Source: Parcubacteria group bacterium (GTDB lineage Bacteria > Patescibacteriota > Minisyncoccia > Moranbacterales > UBA11712). From it: a stretch of DNA of 64,000 nt. Each line of letters starts with the position of its first letter. The stretch's first letter is position 1. Below the pieces are notes generated by a model that worked only from the letters and a program-made list of their open reading frames with translations, made no database searches and had not been told where the DNA came from. Both the position numbers and the translations under genes were made by a program. The DNA is taken from the NCBI GenBank assembly GCA_041659685.1, contig JBAZXV010000008.1:3332-67331 (forward strand), given 5' to 3'. Below are positions 46,626 through 55,832 of this stretch, one piece after another.

Positions 46626-47043
46626 GTTAAATTTCGTGTCTCTCTAGGAATGGCTTCCTATCATTTGTATATATAATTCTTTTGATATATAGTTTTGAAC
46701 TTTTGAAATTTACAAAATAACCTAACTCATACTTGCTTTTTTTAAGATAGCTGTATATCTGATCAATAAAATTCTTAGGAATTATATCAACGGCCTTTAT
46801 TTCGACAATAACTTTTCCGTCTATTAAAAAATCTACTCTATAATTTCCGACTGAATTTCCAGTTTTTGGCGAATATATTTTAATATTCCTCTCCTTTTCA
46901 AAGAGAATGCTCTTTGCCTTCAGTTATTCTATGACTGCATTTTGATAAACCATCTCTTTATGTCCCGGACCAAAATTTCGCCTGACTTCCATGAAAATTC
47001 CCTGTAGTTTATAACTTAATTCTTTATACAATAAATCTGCCAT
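46626..47043 (-). pseudogene. GxxExxY-family gene with an in-frame TAA at 46925-46927
   Basis: The minus strand reads MADLLYKELSYKLQGIFMEVRRNFGPGHKEMVYQNAVIE*LKAKSILFEKERNIKIYSPKTGNSVGNYRVDFLIDGKVIVEIKAV...LGYFVNF...YTND, the same frame on both sides of the TAA. Confidence 0.6.
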
Positions 47044-47125
47044 CTTAAGCCTTCGTTTCCTTAGTGTTTATATTCGTTTCTTATCTGTGTTTTCCTTCTC
47101 CGTTGGATTCGTGTGTATTTTCGTT

Positions 47126-47827
47126 CTATTCGTGTTTAATAATCACGAATTCCCCCCTGATCTTATCACTGTTTTCTGCATAATATTCCAAAATTTCACT
47201 GACACTTCCTCTTTTGACCTCTTCAAACATCTTCGTCAGTTCCCGACCCACAATCAGTTTAGCATTTGGATTGAATTTGGAAAGCAGTTCAATATTTTTA
47301 AGAAACCGGTGCGGAGATTCGAAATATATGGACGGGTATTTGCTTTCTGCTACTCCGCGAAAAAATGTTTCTCTCCCTTTTTTGTGCGGAGGAAAACCGA
47401 GGAAAGTGAACTTGCTCATGTTGATTCCCGCCACACTCGCCAGAGTTGTCACCGCCGAAGCCCCGGGAATCGGTATTATAGACATCTGATGTCCCCAACT
47501 ATTTTGGACATCGGATGTCCAAATACGCTCGATGAGCTCGTTTCCCGGATCCGAGATTCCCGGCGTTCCCGCGTCCGAAACCAGCGCCAGATTTTTTCCG
47601 TTTTCAAGATGTTCGATGATTTTTTCCACTCTGGAAATCTTCGAATGATGGTGGTATGACAGAAGAGGTTTTTGGATTTCATACCGGTCCAAAAGTTTTT
47701 TCGTCACCCGCGTGTCTTCGCACAAAATCAAATCAGCTTCTTTCAGGATGCGCAAAGCCCGAAGAGTGATGTCCTCTAAGTTTCCGATAGGAGTGGCGAC
47801 AATATGCAGTTTGCCTTTTTCGCTCAT
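47126..47827 (-). CDS. rsmI: 16S rRNA (cytidine1402-2'-O)-methyltransferase
   Basis: LHIVATPIGNLEDITLRALRILKEADLILCEDTR. Confidence 0.9.
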   Translation of the reverse strand: MSEKGKLHIVATPIGNLEDITLRALRILKEADLILCEDTRVTKKLLDRYEIQKPLLSYHHHSKISRVEKIIEHLENGKNLALVSDAGTPGISDPGNELIERIWTSDVQNSWGHQMSIIPIPGASAVTTLASVAGINMSKFTFLGFPPHKKGRETFFRGVAESKYPSIYFESPHRFLKNIELLSKFNPNAKLIVGRELTKMFEEVKRGSVSEILEYYAENSDKIRGEFVIIKHE

Positions 47828-48537
47828 TATTTGCCTATTAATTCTTTTTTCACTTCCAAAGCAACATCCAATTTATCCGTAATAATCCCTTCTACCCGAC
47901 TGTCTTCGAGCATTTTTTTCATCATCCGCCTGCCGTTCACTCCCCAGACCATGAAACGCTTTCCATATTTTTTCGCCCTCTCCCGAAAACCCAGCCGCAT
48001 CAGGGACGAGCTGGAAACAAAAAAGTCAGCGGCATTCAGGCTGCGCCTTCTGCCGGTCAGCAGTTCCGAAAATTTTCCTTTTGATTTTCTTATACTGAAA
48101 ATCAGCCCTGCTGTTGCTTTAGGATATCTCTCTTTCAGTTTCTTAATAGAAGGATCATTGAATGATGTCACGACGAAATCTTTATAATCAACATGCCGCA
48201 AAACCATTTCCATAATTTCTGCTTCATGCCCGCTTTCTTTTATTTCAATATCAAGCCTCACCCTTCCCCTGGCCATTCTCAAAACTTCCTCAAGTTTCGG
48301 CACCGCAGCGCTTCGACGCTTATTTATTTTCTCTATTTCCTCCCACCCGATTGTTCTTATAAGTTTGCGGCAAATTTTTTGGCTGTGATGCACGATGAAA
48401 ACTCCGTCTTTTGTTCGCCGAACATCGAATTCAATCATGTCGGCGCCTTTTCGGATGGCATTTTCGAAGGATTCAATGGTATTTTCGATGGACGAAGAGG
48501 TGTCTCCGCGGTGCGCGATAATCAATTTTTCTTTCAT
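47827..48537 (-). CDS. ugpQ: glycerophosphodiester phosphodiesterase
   Basis: IIAHRGD...ENTIESFENAIRKGADMIEFDVRRTKDGVFIVHH. Confidence 0.85.
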   Translation of the reverse strand: MKEKLIIAHRGDTSSSIENTIESFENAIRKGADMIEFDVRRTKDGVFIVHHSQKICRKLIRTIGWEEIEKINKRRSAAVPKLEEVLRMARGRVRLDIEIKESGHEAEIMEMVLRHVDYKDFVVTSFNDPSIKKLKERYPKATAGLIFSIRKSKGKFSELLTGRRRSLNAADFFVSSSSLMRLGFRERAKKYGKRFMVWGVNGRRMMKKMLEDSRVEGIITDKLDVALEVKKELIGK

Positions 48538-49562
48538 GTGGGTATTTCTTCCTTCTTTGTTGTCAGATCATTCACCACTTCTCCGATTACCGTCGCAAGA
48601 GGAACAGCAATAATCACTCCCAAAACGCCGCCTAATTTTGCGCCGATAAGGAGAGCCAGAATCACAATTATGGGGTTCAGCCCGACGGCTTTTTTCATAA
48701 TAAGCGGGGTCAGGACATAACCTTCAAGCTGCTGAACGGCCGCAAACAGACCGAGAACCAGAACGCCTGTCAGAGGGCCATGGAGAAAACTGATAAGCGT
48801 TGCGATAATCGCCGAGATTATCGGTCCGACATAAGGAATAATTTCCAGTATCCCGGCAATAAGCGCTAAAATCAAAGCGTAAGGAGCTTTAATCGCCAGC
48901 AATCCCAGATAATCAAGTAAAAATACCAGAAGCATAAGAAGCAGCTGTCCCTGGAGCCAGCGGCCCATTTTATGCTGGATTCTTTCAACCAGGCCGGCTA
49001 CATATTCCTGATGGTCCTTTGGAAAAACCGATTTGAAAAATTTCTTGCTTCCCGCTTCCTGAACGCTCATGTAAAAAGCAATGGAAAGGACGATGATAAA
49101 ATCAAAAATTCCGCCAAGAAAGGATATTGTTCCGCTGAAAAGATTGGTTCCCGCATCGGAAATCCTTCCGGCGGCGTTTGAGAAGAAATTATTGATGTTT
49201 TGCTCCAAACTATGAGTGGCGGCAAAATCCTGGACAACTTTGAAATATCCCGAGAGCTGTTCGATCAATTTCGGAAGGCTTTTTCCCAGGCTTTCCGTTT
49301 CCGCCGTGATAGGGGGAATCAAAAGAGAAACCGCAAGAACAAACAAGGATAAAAAAATGACATACACAAAGAAAACAGTAAGGGAACGGGGAACGTTCTT
49401 TTTTTGAAACCAGTCCACCACAGGGTCGATGGCGCTTACTATAATGATCGCCACAAAAACCAGCGCTAAAACATCGCGGACAAGAAAGAGAAACCAGAGG
49501 AGGAGCAGGATAAATATAGTTCTTAGAATTGTTCCGGATGAAATTTCGATGGTTCGATTCAT
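48534..49562 (-). CDS. AI-2E/PerM-like (UPF0118) family membrane transporter
   Basis: 342-aa polytopic membrane protein with the topology and length of that family. Confidence 0.5.
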   Translation of the reverse strand: MNRTIEISSGTILRTIFILLLLWFLFLVRDVLALVFVAIIIVSAIDPVVDWFQKKNVPRSLTVFFVYVIFLSLFVLAVSLLIPPITAETESLGKSLPKLIEQLSGYFKVVQDFAATHSLEQNINNFFSNAAGRISDAGTNLFSGTISFLGGIFDFIIVLSIAFYMSVQEAGSKKFFKSVFPKDHQEYVAGLVERIQHKMGRWLQGQLLLMLLVFLLDYLGLLAIKAPYALILALIAGILEIIPYVGPIISAIIATLISFLHGPLTGVLVLGLFAAVQQLEGYVLTPLIMKKAVGLNPIIVILALLIGAKLGGVLGVIIAVPLATVIGEVVNDLTTKKEEIPT

Positions 49563-49638
49563 GACTGTGATTTATGAATTATGATTTACGATTTATGAAT
49601 GTTTTGAAAAATAATATTCCTGAATCTTAATTCATAAA

Positions 49639-50913
49639 TCAAATAGCTAATGTTTTTTTCAAAAATTTATCGTCTTTTATCGGCCCTATCACCGCCAAAT
49701 TGAGTCCGCCGTCAATAAAAATATTCTTAGCCACTCTTATAATATCATCTGCCGAAACTTTATCAACCCTCGCAAGAATTTCTTCCGGCCTTTCAATTTT
49801 CTTTTTCATCAGTTCCTGGCCGGCTAAAAATCCGGCAATGTCGTCTGAAGACTCGAGCGAAAGAGCCGTTTTCCCCCGAAAATTATCTTTGGCTTTCTGA
49901 AGTTCCTTCGGGCTGACTTTTTCGTCTCGGATTTTTCTTATTTCATTCATTATTGTCCTGACTGTCATTTCAACTTTGGATTGATCAGTGTCCACACCCG
50001 CCCGGACAGCCAGATATCCGCTGCCGGTATAACTTTCGTATCCGGAGTTGATATAATAAGCCAGACCCAGCCGTTCGCGGACGGAAAGGAACAGCCGGCT
50101 GCTCATCGTTCCGCCGAGAATGTTGGAAAGAATAGAGAGGGCGAACCTGTCCGGATGAAACATATTATAAGCCCGAACGCCGATCACCAGATGGACCTGA
50201 TCAGTCTTCTTCGCCTTTATTTTTATCTGCGGCTTCGATTGTTTTTCGATGGTTTTCGGCTTTTCCCCGGATTTCTTTCCCCTCATCCCCAAAAATTTCT
50301 TTTCAATTTCGCGAATCGTGCGTTTTTCGTCAATATTTCCGGCAACGCACACGACTGTGTTCGGCGCGGTATAATTTTCCCGGAGATATCTCAAAAAATC
50401 GGCGCGTCTGAAACGCCTGATATTTTCTTTCGTTCCGATAGTATCCCATCCGGCCGGCTGGTCGCCGTACATAAGCCCTTCAAAAACTTCCATTGCCTGG
50501 ATCGTCGGAGTGTCTTCGTACATATTGATCTCCTGAAGTATTACCCCTCTCTCTTTCTCTATCTCTTTCTCATCAATCTTTGAATTGAGATATATGTCAG
50601 AAATAACATCGAGCGCCAAATCAAAATGCTTCGCGTCAACTTTCGCAAAATAAGCCGTCTGTTCCTTTCCTGTGAAAGCGTTATATTCGCCGCCGACTGC
50701 ATCGAGAGCTCCTGAAATGTCTTCTGTCCTCGGCCGCTTCTTCGTCCCCTTGAAAAACATGTGCTCAAGAAAATGCGAAATGCCGTTCATTTCTTTGGTC
50801 TCGCATATGGATCCCACGCCGGCAGTGATAATCACTGTCACCGTGTTCGTGTCCTTCATCGGCGCCGTCACCACCCGTAATCCATTCTTCAAGATTGTTT
50901 TTTTGAAATTCAT
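49639..50913 (-). CDS. M16-family zinc peptidase (pitrilysin-like)
   Basis: Inverted zinc motif HFLEHM (HxxEH) near the N-terminus. Confidence 0.85.
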   Translation of the reverse strand: MNFKKTILKNGLRVVTAPMKDTNTVTVIITAGVGSICETKEMNGISHFLEHMFFKGTKKRPRTEDISGALDAVGGEYNAFTGKEQTAYFAKVDAKHFDLALDVISDIYLNSKIDEKEIEKERGVILQEINMYEDTPTIQAMEVFEGLMYGDQPAGWDTIGTKENIRRFRRADFLRYLRENYTAPNTVVCVAGNIDEKRTIREIEKKFLGMRGKKSGEKPKTIEKQSKPQIKIKAKKTDQVHLVIGVRAYNMFHPDRFALSILSNILGGTMSSRLFLSVRERLGLAYYINSGYESYTGSGYLAVRAGVDTDQSKVEMTVRTIMNEIRKIRDEKVSPKELQKAKDNFRGKTALSLESSDDIAGFLAGQELMKKKIERPEEILARVDKVSADDIIRVAKNIFIDGGLNLAVIGPIKDDKFLKKTLAI

Positions 50914-50917
50914 CTAA

Positions 50918-50957
50918 GGTTCAACCTTAGCAGCTGCTAAGGTTGAACCTTAGAAAC
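50918..50957. repeat. 40-bp perfect palindrome CTAAGGTTCAACCTTAG-CAGCTG-CTAAGGTTGAACCTTAG
   Basis: An exact inverted repeat. Each 17-mer arm is itself hairpin-forming. Lies between the M16 start and the pepA stop. Confidence 0.8.
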
Positions 50958-51056
50958 TGCAATGATTTTAATACGTATTTAAATACTCACCGCGGTAAGT
51001 ATTTTTTTGGTTCCGGCATATAAGCAATACCAATAATTGCAAATATTGCTCAAAAA

Positions 51057-52457
51057 CTAGAGTTCTTCGATTATCTTCGTCAGCAGCCTTACCGGCGCAC
51101 CGGCTGCTCCTTTCGCCAGAAATTCATCAAAAACGGCAACATCCCGTGAACCGATATCGAGATGCGCCCAAAGCGGAAACTTTTCCGCGAATTCGGAGAG
51201 GAATACCGCTCCGCGAATTGCATCACCGTATCTCGGTTCGCCAGCAGAACTTAAGTTATTCAAATCTCCAAAATTTCCAATTATTTCACTTCTATATTCT
51301 TCCCAGAGCGGCATCGGCCAGACATAGTCACCTGATTCTTCCGCTAAATTAAAAATTTTATCGCTCAAATTTTTGTCTTTGCAAAAAAGACCCGCAGCCC
51401 TTTTACCCAGCGCTACAGCCACCGCTCCCGTCAGTGTGGCGACATTCATAACCAGCCTCGGATCATATTTTTCGGCGTATCCATGCGCGTCTGCCAAAAT
51501 TATTCTTCCTTCAGCGTCAGTATTCCCGACTTCGATAGTTTTCCCGGAGATAGTTTTCAGGATGTCGCCCGGGCGAAAACTTTGACCCGAAGGCATGTTT
51601 TCGACGGCCGGAATAAGGCCAATAATCTTTTTCTTGATTCCCAGTTTCGCCGCCGCCACTATCGCATGAAATACTGCCGCTCCGCCGGACATGTCCAAAT
51701 GCATATCATTCATAAAATTTCCCGGCTTAACATTCAGTCCGCCCGTGTCGAAAGTTATTCCTTTTCCAATCAAGACAATTGGTTTCTCTTTTCGCGAAGC
51801 CAGATATTCAAGGACAATAAATTTGGGCTTTTCCGCCGAACCCCTGGAAACTCCCAAAATTCCACCCATTTCTAATTTTTTCATTTCTGCCTCTTCCAGC
51901 ACTTTCATCTTGATCGGCAAATTTCCAATGGATTTTTCTATTTCTTTGACCAAAAGTTGCGGCGTCATGTCTCCCCCGGGCATATTAGCAATTTCGCGGC
52001 ATGCGTTTGTTTCTTCGCCAATTATTTTTCCTTCCCTGATTCCTTTCTCAATGCTTTTTATATCCTTTTTCTCGGCAATTATTTTTATTTCCTCCATAAA
52101 ATCCCAACCTTCTTTCGGCATCGTTTTATATTTCACAAATTCATAATCCGCCATTTCGAAATTCGTCGCCAATAATTCAGCCAATTCATCGGTTTTTTTG
52201 CTCACTTTCGGAAAACGGAAATCATTGAATTCAATTTCTATTTTTCTTACCCGGTGCTTTTTTGCCTCCCGGATAACTTTACGGGAGAGCAATATAAATT
52301 TTCGGCGATTGATTTCCTTTTTCTCAGGCGATTTTACGATGAGTGTTTTTTCTCCGTCTTTCCCGACCACAAAACGGCTTTCCGAAATTTTAGGATCAAA
52401 AGAAATTTTCACAAAATCTTTTTTAAATTCTTTCTTATCGCTGACTTCTATTTTCAT
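51057..52457 (-). CDS. pepA: leucyl aminopeptidase (M17)
   Basis: NTDAEGRIILADA signature. Confidence 0.9.
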   Translation of the reverse strand: MKIEVSDKKEFKKDFVKISFDPKISESRFVVGKDGEKTLIVKSPEKKEINRRKFILLSRKVIREAKKHRVRKIEIEFNDFRFPKVSKKTDELAELLATNFEMADYEFVKYKTMPKEGWDFMEEIKIIAEKKDIKSIEKGIREGKIIGEETNACREIANMPGGDMTPQLLVKEIEKSIGNLPIKMKVLEEAEMKKLEMGGILGVSRGSAEKPKFIVLEYLASRKEKPIVLIGKGITFDTGGLNVKPGNFMNDMHLDMSGGAAVFHAIVAAAKLGIKKKIIGLIPAVENMPSGQSFRPGDILKTISGKTIEVGNTDAEGRIILADAHGYAEKYDPRLVMNVATLTGAVAVALGKRAAGLFCKDKNLSDKIFNLAEESGDYVWPMPLWEEYRSEIIGNFGDLNNLSSAGEPRYGDAIRGAVFLSEFAEKFPLWAHLDIGSRDVAVFDEFLAKGAAGAPVRLLTKIIEEL

Positions 52458-52485
52458 AGCTATTTATGTAATTTATTAAACTTTT

Positions 52486-52516
52486 CCCATTCCTAAAGCT
52501 CGGCTTTAGGAATGGG
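52486..52516. terminator. perfect 14-bp-stem hairpin CCCATTCCTAAAGCtcgGCTTTAGGAATGGG followed by T-rich sequence
   Basis: Between the 52583 gene and pepA. A second hairpin is at 52539-52566 (cgagggaaggccgttaggctttccctcg). Confidence 0.55.
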
Positions 52517-52582
52517 TTTTCGAGCGCTTTTAGGGGGGCGAGGGAAGGCCGTTAGGCTTTCCCTCGGAAAATGTTGGTATCA

Positions 52583-52864
52583 TCAGAAAAACCTCTCGAT
52601 AATAGGCTGGATGTTGACGGCCGGGACAGCTTCTGAGTAAATTTCCTCATCAGCTCTGATAAATTTTACCAAGGGGAAAGCTGGGCTTATGAAGTAGTCG
52701 ATAACCACTTCATCCTCTTTTTCGACCCGGCAGGCATCTTTTTCCGGATTAAGAGTTACTTTTTTCCCGGTTGAAATATGGACAACGACAAAATCGCCTT
52801 CCATGGCAATCCTGTCGACTATACCGCCCTCGCGTCCTCCTCTCCTAAACGGCGCTTTTGCCAT
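52583..52864 (-). CDS. hypothetical small protein
   Basis: 93-aa ORF with plausible protein composition. Confidence 0.4.
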   Translation of the reverse strand: MAKAPFRRGGREGGIVDRIAMEGDFVVVHISTGKKVTLNPEKDACRVEKEDEVVIDYFISPAFPLVKFIRADEEIYSEAVPAVNIQPIIERFF

Positions 52865-52923
52865 CTTATATTACCATCCTTTTTGAATTTTACTCCCTAA
52901 AAACTCTCGATTTTCAAAGAATG

Positions 52924-52941
52924 GGGCCAGGGGGCTGGCCC
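52924..52941. terminator. GC hairpin GGGCCAGggggCTGGCCC
   Basis: Downstream, on the minus strand, of the 52955 gene. Confidence 0.45.
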
Positions 52942-52954
52942 GAAAGATTATCGG

Positions 52955-53155
52955 TTAGAGGATATTGGTCACGTGTTGGCCGTTGAAGAATACGGGTTCT
53001 CCTTGACCATCCATCGGACCCAATATCACTTCCACCCCCTGGGTTAACCTGCATTGATCAATACCCTCTCTTGAGAGAGGAAAAGTTCTTCCATCTTCAA
53101 GAGAAACTTTTGCCTGGCATCCGTCCGGCTCCCAGTCAATATTTGTCACTTTCAC
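52955..53155 (-). CDS. hypothetical small protein
   Basis: 66-aa ORF. Confidence 0.35.
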   Translation of the reverse strand: MKVTNIDWEPDGCQAKVSLEDGRTFPLSREGIDQCRLTQGVEVILGPMDGQGEPVFFNGQHVTNIL

Positions 53156-53178
53156 CGCCTGGCACCTCCTTATATTTT

Positions 53179-54552
53179 TTATTCTTCAAAATTTTTCTTT
53201 AGATACTCCGCCAGGTCTTCAATTTTCACTCGTTCCTGTTCCATCGTGTCCCGGTTGCGGACGGTGACCGCCTGGTCGTTCAATGTTTCAAAATCCACCG
53301 TCACGCAAAAGGGCGTTCCGATTTCATCCTGCCGGCGGTATCTTTTCCCGATCGACTGCGTTTCGTCATATTCGCACATGAATCTCGTCTTAAGATCGTC
53401 AAATATCTTCTTTGCCGGACCGGCTAATTCTTCTTTTTTCGAAAGCGGCAGGACGGCCACGTGGACCGGCGCGATTTTTTTCGGAAATTTCATCACCACT
53501 CTTGTCTCCCCCTTTACTTCCTCTTCGCTATAAGCCGAAAGGAGCGCCGCCAAGACACTTCTTTCCACCCCGAACGTCGGCTCAAGAACATGCGGAACAT
53601 AGCGCTTGTTTTTTTCCGCGTCGAAATATTCAAGCTTTTGCCCCGACATTTTACCGTGCTGGCTGAGATCGAAATCCCCCCGATGAGCGATTCCGTAAAG
53701 TTCTTTTACGCCGAAAGGAAAATTATACATCGTGTCAATGGTTTTTTTCGAATAGTGGGAGAGCTTTTCTTTCGGATGCTCATAGCGGCTGATATTTTCT
53801 TTTTTAAGCCCGATTTCAAGCGCGAATTCTTCCTGAAGATCAAGCCACTTTTCAAAAAGCGTTTGCCAGTCGGCATCGGGTTCGATAAAATACTCAATTT
53901 CCATCTGCTCAAATTCGCGGAGCCGGAAAATGAAATTACCGGCCACAATTTCATTGCGGAAAGCTTTCCCGATTTGCGCGATTCCGAAAGGGACCTTGAC
54001 GCGCATCGAATCAAGGATATTTTTAAAATCAACAAAAATGGCTCCCGCGGTTTCCGGACGAAGATATACCGTCCCTTCGAAGCCGTTCATTTCCGTTTGA
54101 AACATCATATTGAAATTCCGGGCATCGGTCCAGTCTGACTTTCCACATTCCGGACATTTGGCCTTGAGAGAGCGCAAAGTTTTTGTCATGTCTTCAAGCC
54201 GGCCCTCCATATCTTCTCCGGTCAGCTCTTCAACCAGGTGATCGGCCCGGAATCTTTTCTTGCAATTCTTACAATCCACCATGGCGTCGTTGAACCCGGC
54301 GACATGGCCTGAGGCCTCCCAAAGCCTGGGGTGAAGAAGTATCGGACCGTCGATTCCGACAATATCTTCGCGAGCGTGCACAAATTTTTTCCACCAGAGC
54401 CTTTTTATATTATTTTTCAGTTCCGCGCCGTACGGCCCGAAGGAATAGGAATTGGCAAATCCTCCGTAAATTTCAGAGCCGGGAAAAATAAATCCGCGCC
54501 TTTTCGAGAGGGAAACAATTTTGTCCATCAGTTTTTCATTTTTTTCCGCCAT
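53179..54552 (-). CDS. glyQS: glycine--tRNA ligase (alpha2-type GlyQS)
   Basis: RRGFIFPGSEIYGGFANSYSFGPYGAELKNNIKRLWW N-terminus, 457 aa. Confidence 0.95.
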   Translation of the reverse strand: MAEKNEKLMDKIVSLSKRRGFIFPGSEIYGGFANSYSFGPYGAELKNNIKRLWWKKFVHAREDIVGIDGPILLHPRLWEASGHVAGFNDAMVDCKNCKKRFRADHLVEELTGEDMEGRLEDMTKTLRSLKAKCPECGKSDWTDARNFNMMFQTEMNGFEGTVYLRPETAGAIFVDFKNILDSMRVKVPFGIAQIGKAFRNEIVAGNFIFRLREFEQMEIEYFIEPDADWQTLFEKWLDLQEEFALEIGLKKENISRYEHPKEKLSHYSKKTIDTMYNFPFGVKELYGIAHRGDFDLSQHGKMSGQKLEYFDAEKNKRYVPHVLEPTFGVERSVLAALLSAYSEEEVKGETRVVMKFPKKIAPVHVAVLPLSKKEELAGPAKKIFDDLKTRFMCEYDETQSIGKRYRRQDEIGTPFCVTVDFETLNDQAVTVRNRDTMEQERVKIEDLAEYLKKNFEE

Positions 54553-54635
54553 ATATTTATTTAGAAAAATTATTAAATAAAACCGCGACCCCCGGCAGTA
54601 ATGCCTTAATTTTTCACTTTATCTTTTAGTTTAAT

Positions 54636-54688
54636 AAAAAAGCCCGTCCTAAACGCCTAACGAAAAACATTAGACATTCGGGACGAGC
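54636..54688 (-). terminator. intrinsic terminator in the glyQS leader (GCUCGUCC...GGACGGGC + U6)
   Basis: Read 5'-3' on the minus strand, ggctcgtcc precedes ggacgggcttttttatt. It lies 84 nt upstream of the glyQS ATG. Confidence 0.5.
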
Positions 54689-55017
54689 CATATCAAGTTA
54701 AAAATGAAAAGTTCAAAACTAAAAATGACAATTTAAACTTCTAAAATTTTTAATGTCAAAATGATTTTTGATTCAATTAATTTTGACATTTTACATTGTC
54801 ACTTTGCATTTTGATTTTTCAATCTTGCATTTCCTATGGTCCGCGGTTCCACCCGAGTTCTCCCGGAAATTATTGGCCGGTGCCAAAAAAATCCAACGAG
54901 CGCCTCTTTATTCATTTTTCATTATTTCCGTTAAAAACAGCTTCTTTATCTATTTTTTCCGGATTAAGGCTGCCAAACCTTATTTATTATAGTAACGGGT
55001 ATCACGTTTATTGTCAA
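54640..55017 (-). promoter_or_regulatory. candidate T-box riboswitch leader of glyQS with a promoter (TTGACA-N17-TACTAT at 54986-55017)
   Basis: The minus strand at 54833-54860 reads aacucGGGUGGAACCGCGGacc, a 14-nt match to the T-box consensus GGGUGGNACCGCGG. N is A, complementary to the U73 discriminator of tRNA-Gly. GGCA (Gly codon plus purine) occurs upstream. Confidence 0.35.
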
Positions 55018-55049
55018 TATGGGATTTTTCTCAAATCCGCGAAATAATT

Positions 55050-55796
55050 CTAGCGGCGATTGCCGCGAAGTTCAAATAAATTATGGATGATTTCGCATTG
55101 ATTGACCGCCGCATTCAAGAAACCCAAAATATCTTTGTCGACTTTTTCTTTTTCAAGAAAAATCATGAACGCCCTGCGGTTCGAAGTGCTCGAGCTCTCC
55201 GAAGAGAGAACGCAGTACCCTTTGTCGTTGCAAAGTTTTTTGTCCGCTGCCAGTTCTGTGATTTCTCGGTTTCCTATCTTAAAATCATGAGTCCTTACCG
55301 AAGGCGATGCCTTGGCCCAGTATTCCGAAATGGTCTGAAGGCCTTCTGTGTTCATAATGCGGATCGCCATCCAGTCTTTCTTGCTGATAGTCATCGCCAT
55401 CCGGAGTATTTCATCGACATATTCTTTCATTTCCCGCTTGCTGGCCGGCGCTTTTAGTTTTTGAAGGAATGATTTTATGAGAGACATTTGCACGTTTATC
55501 TTTCCCAAATAGGCAAAAGTTTCAAGGAGCTCCTTCTCTCTTTTCCGGTATTCTGTCTCCAATTTTTTTATTTCCCCTTCCCGCATGCTGACCGTTCTTT
55601 CATAAAGCCTGAATATTTTCCAGGCGAGCGAGACTTGAATAAAAAGCAGGACCGCTTCAAACAATTCCTCCGATAAAAAAGAAAACCCGCTTTTGATAAT
55701 AAGGGGCGTAAAGATTATCGTGACCACTAAAATAAGAAAGACCAAGAGAAATGTATTCCTAAGCCTTTCAACTTTAGGGCGATTTATAAGAGCCAT
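55050..55796 (-). CDS. hypothetical membrane protein (2 N-terminal TM plus cytoplasmic domain)
   Basis: 248-aa ORF. Confidence 0.5.
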   Translation of the reverse strand: MALINRPKVERLRNTFLLVFLILVVTIIFTPLIIKSGFSFLSEELFEAVLLFIQVSLAWKIFRLYERTVSMREGEIKKLETEYRKREKELLETFAYLGKINVQMSLIKSFLQKLKAPASKREMKEYVDEILRMAMTISKKDWMAIRIMNTEGLQTISEYWAKASPSVRTHDFKIGNREITELAADKKLCNDKGYCVLSSESSSTSNRRAFMIFLEKEKVDKDILGFLNAAVNQCEIIHNLFELRGNRR

Positions 55797-55832
55797 ATAA
55801 CTCTGTTTTAATTAGTTTCAAGAATACCGTGA

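Noticed and set aside
54553-55050. Checked the long glyQS upstream spacer for tmRNA, SRP RNA or RNase P RNA hallmarks.
   Set aside because: No tRNA-like 3' end (GGUUCGAAUCC...CCA), no SRP domain IV motif and no RNase P P4 motifs were found. The T-box motif is the only supported RNA signal.
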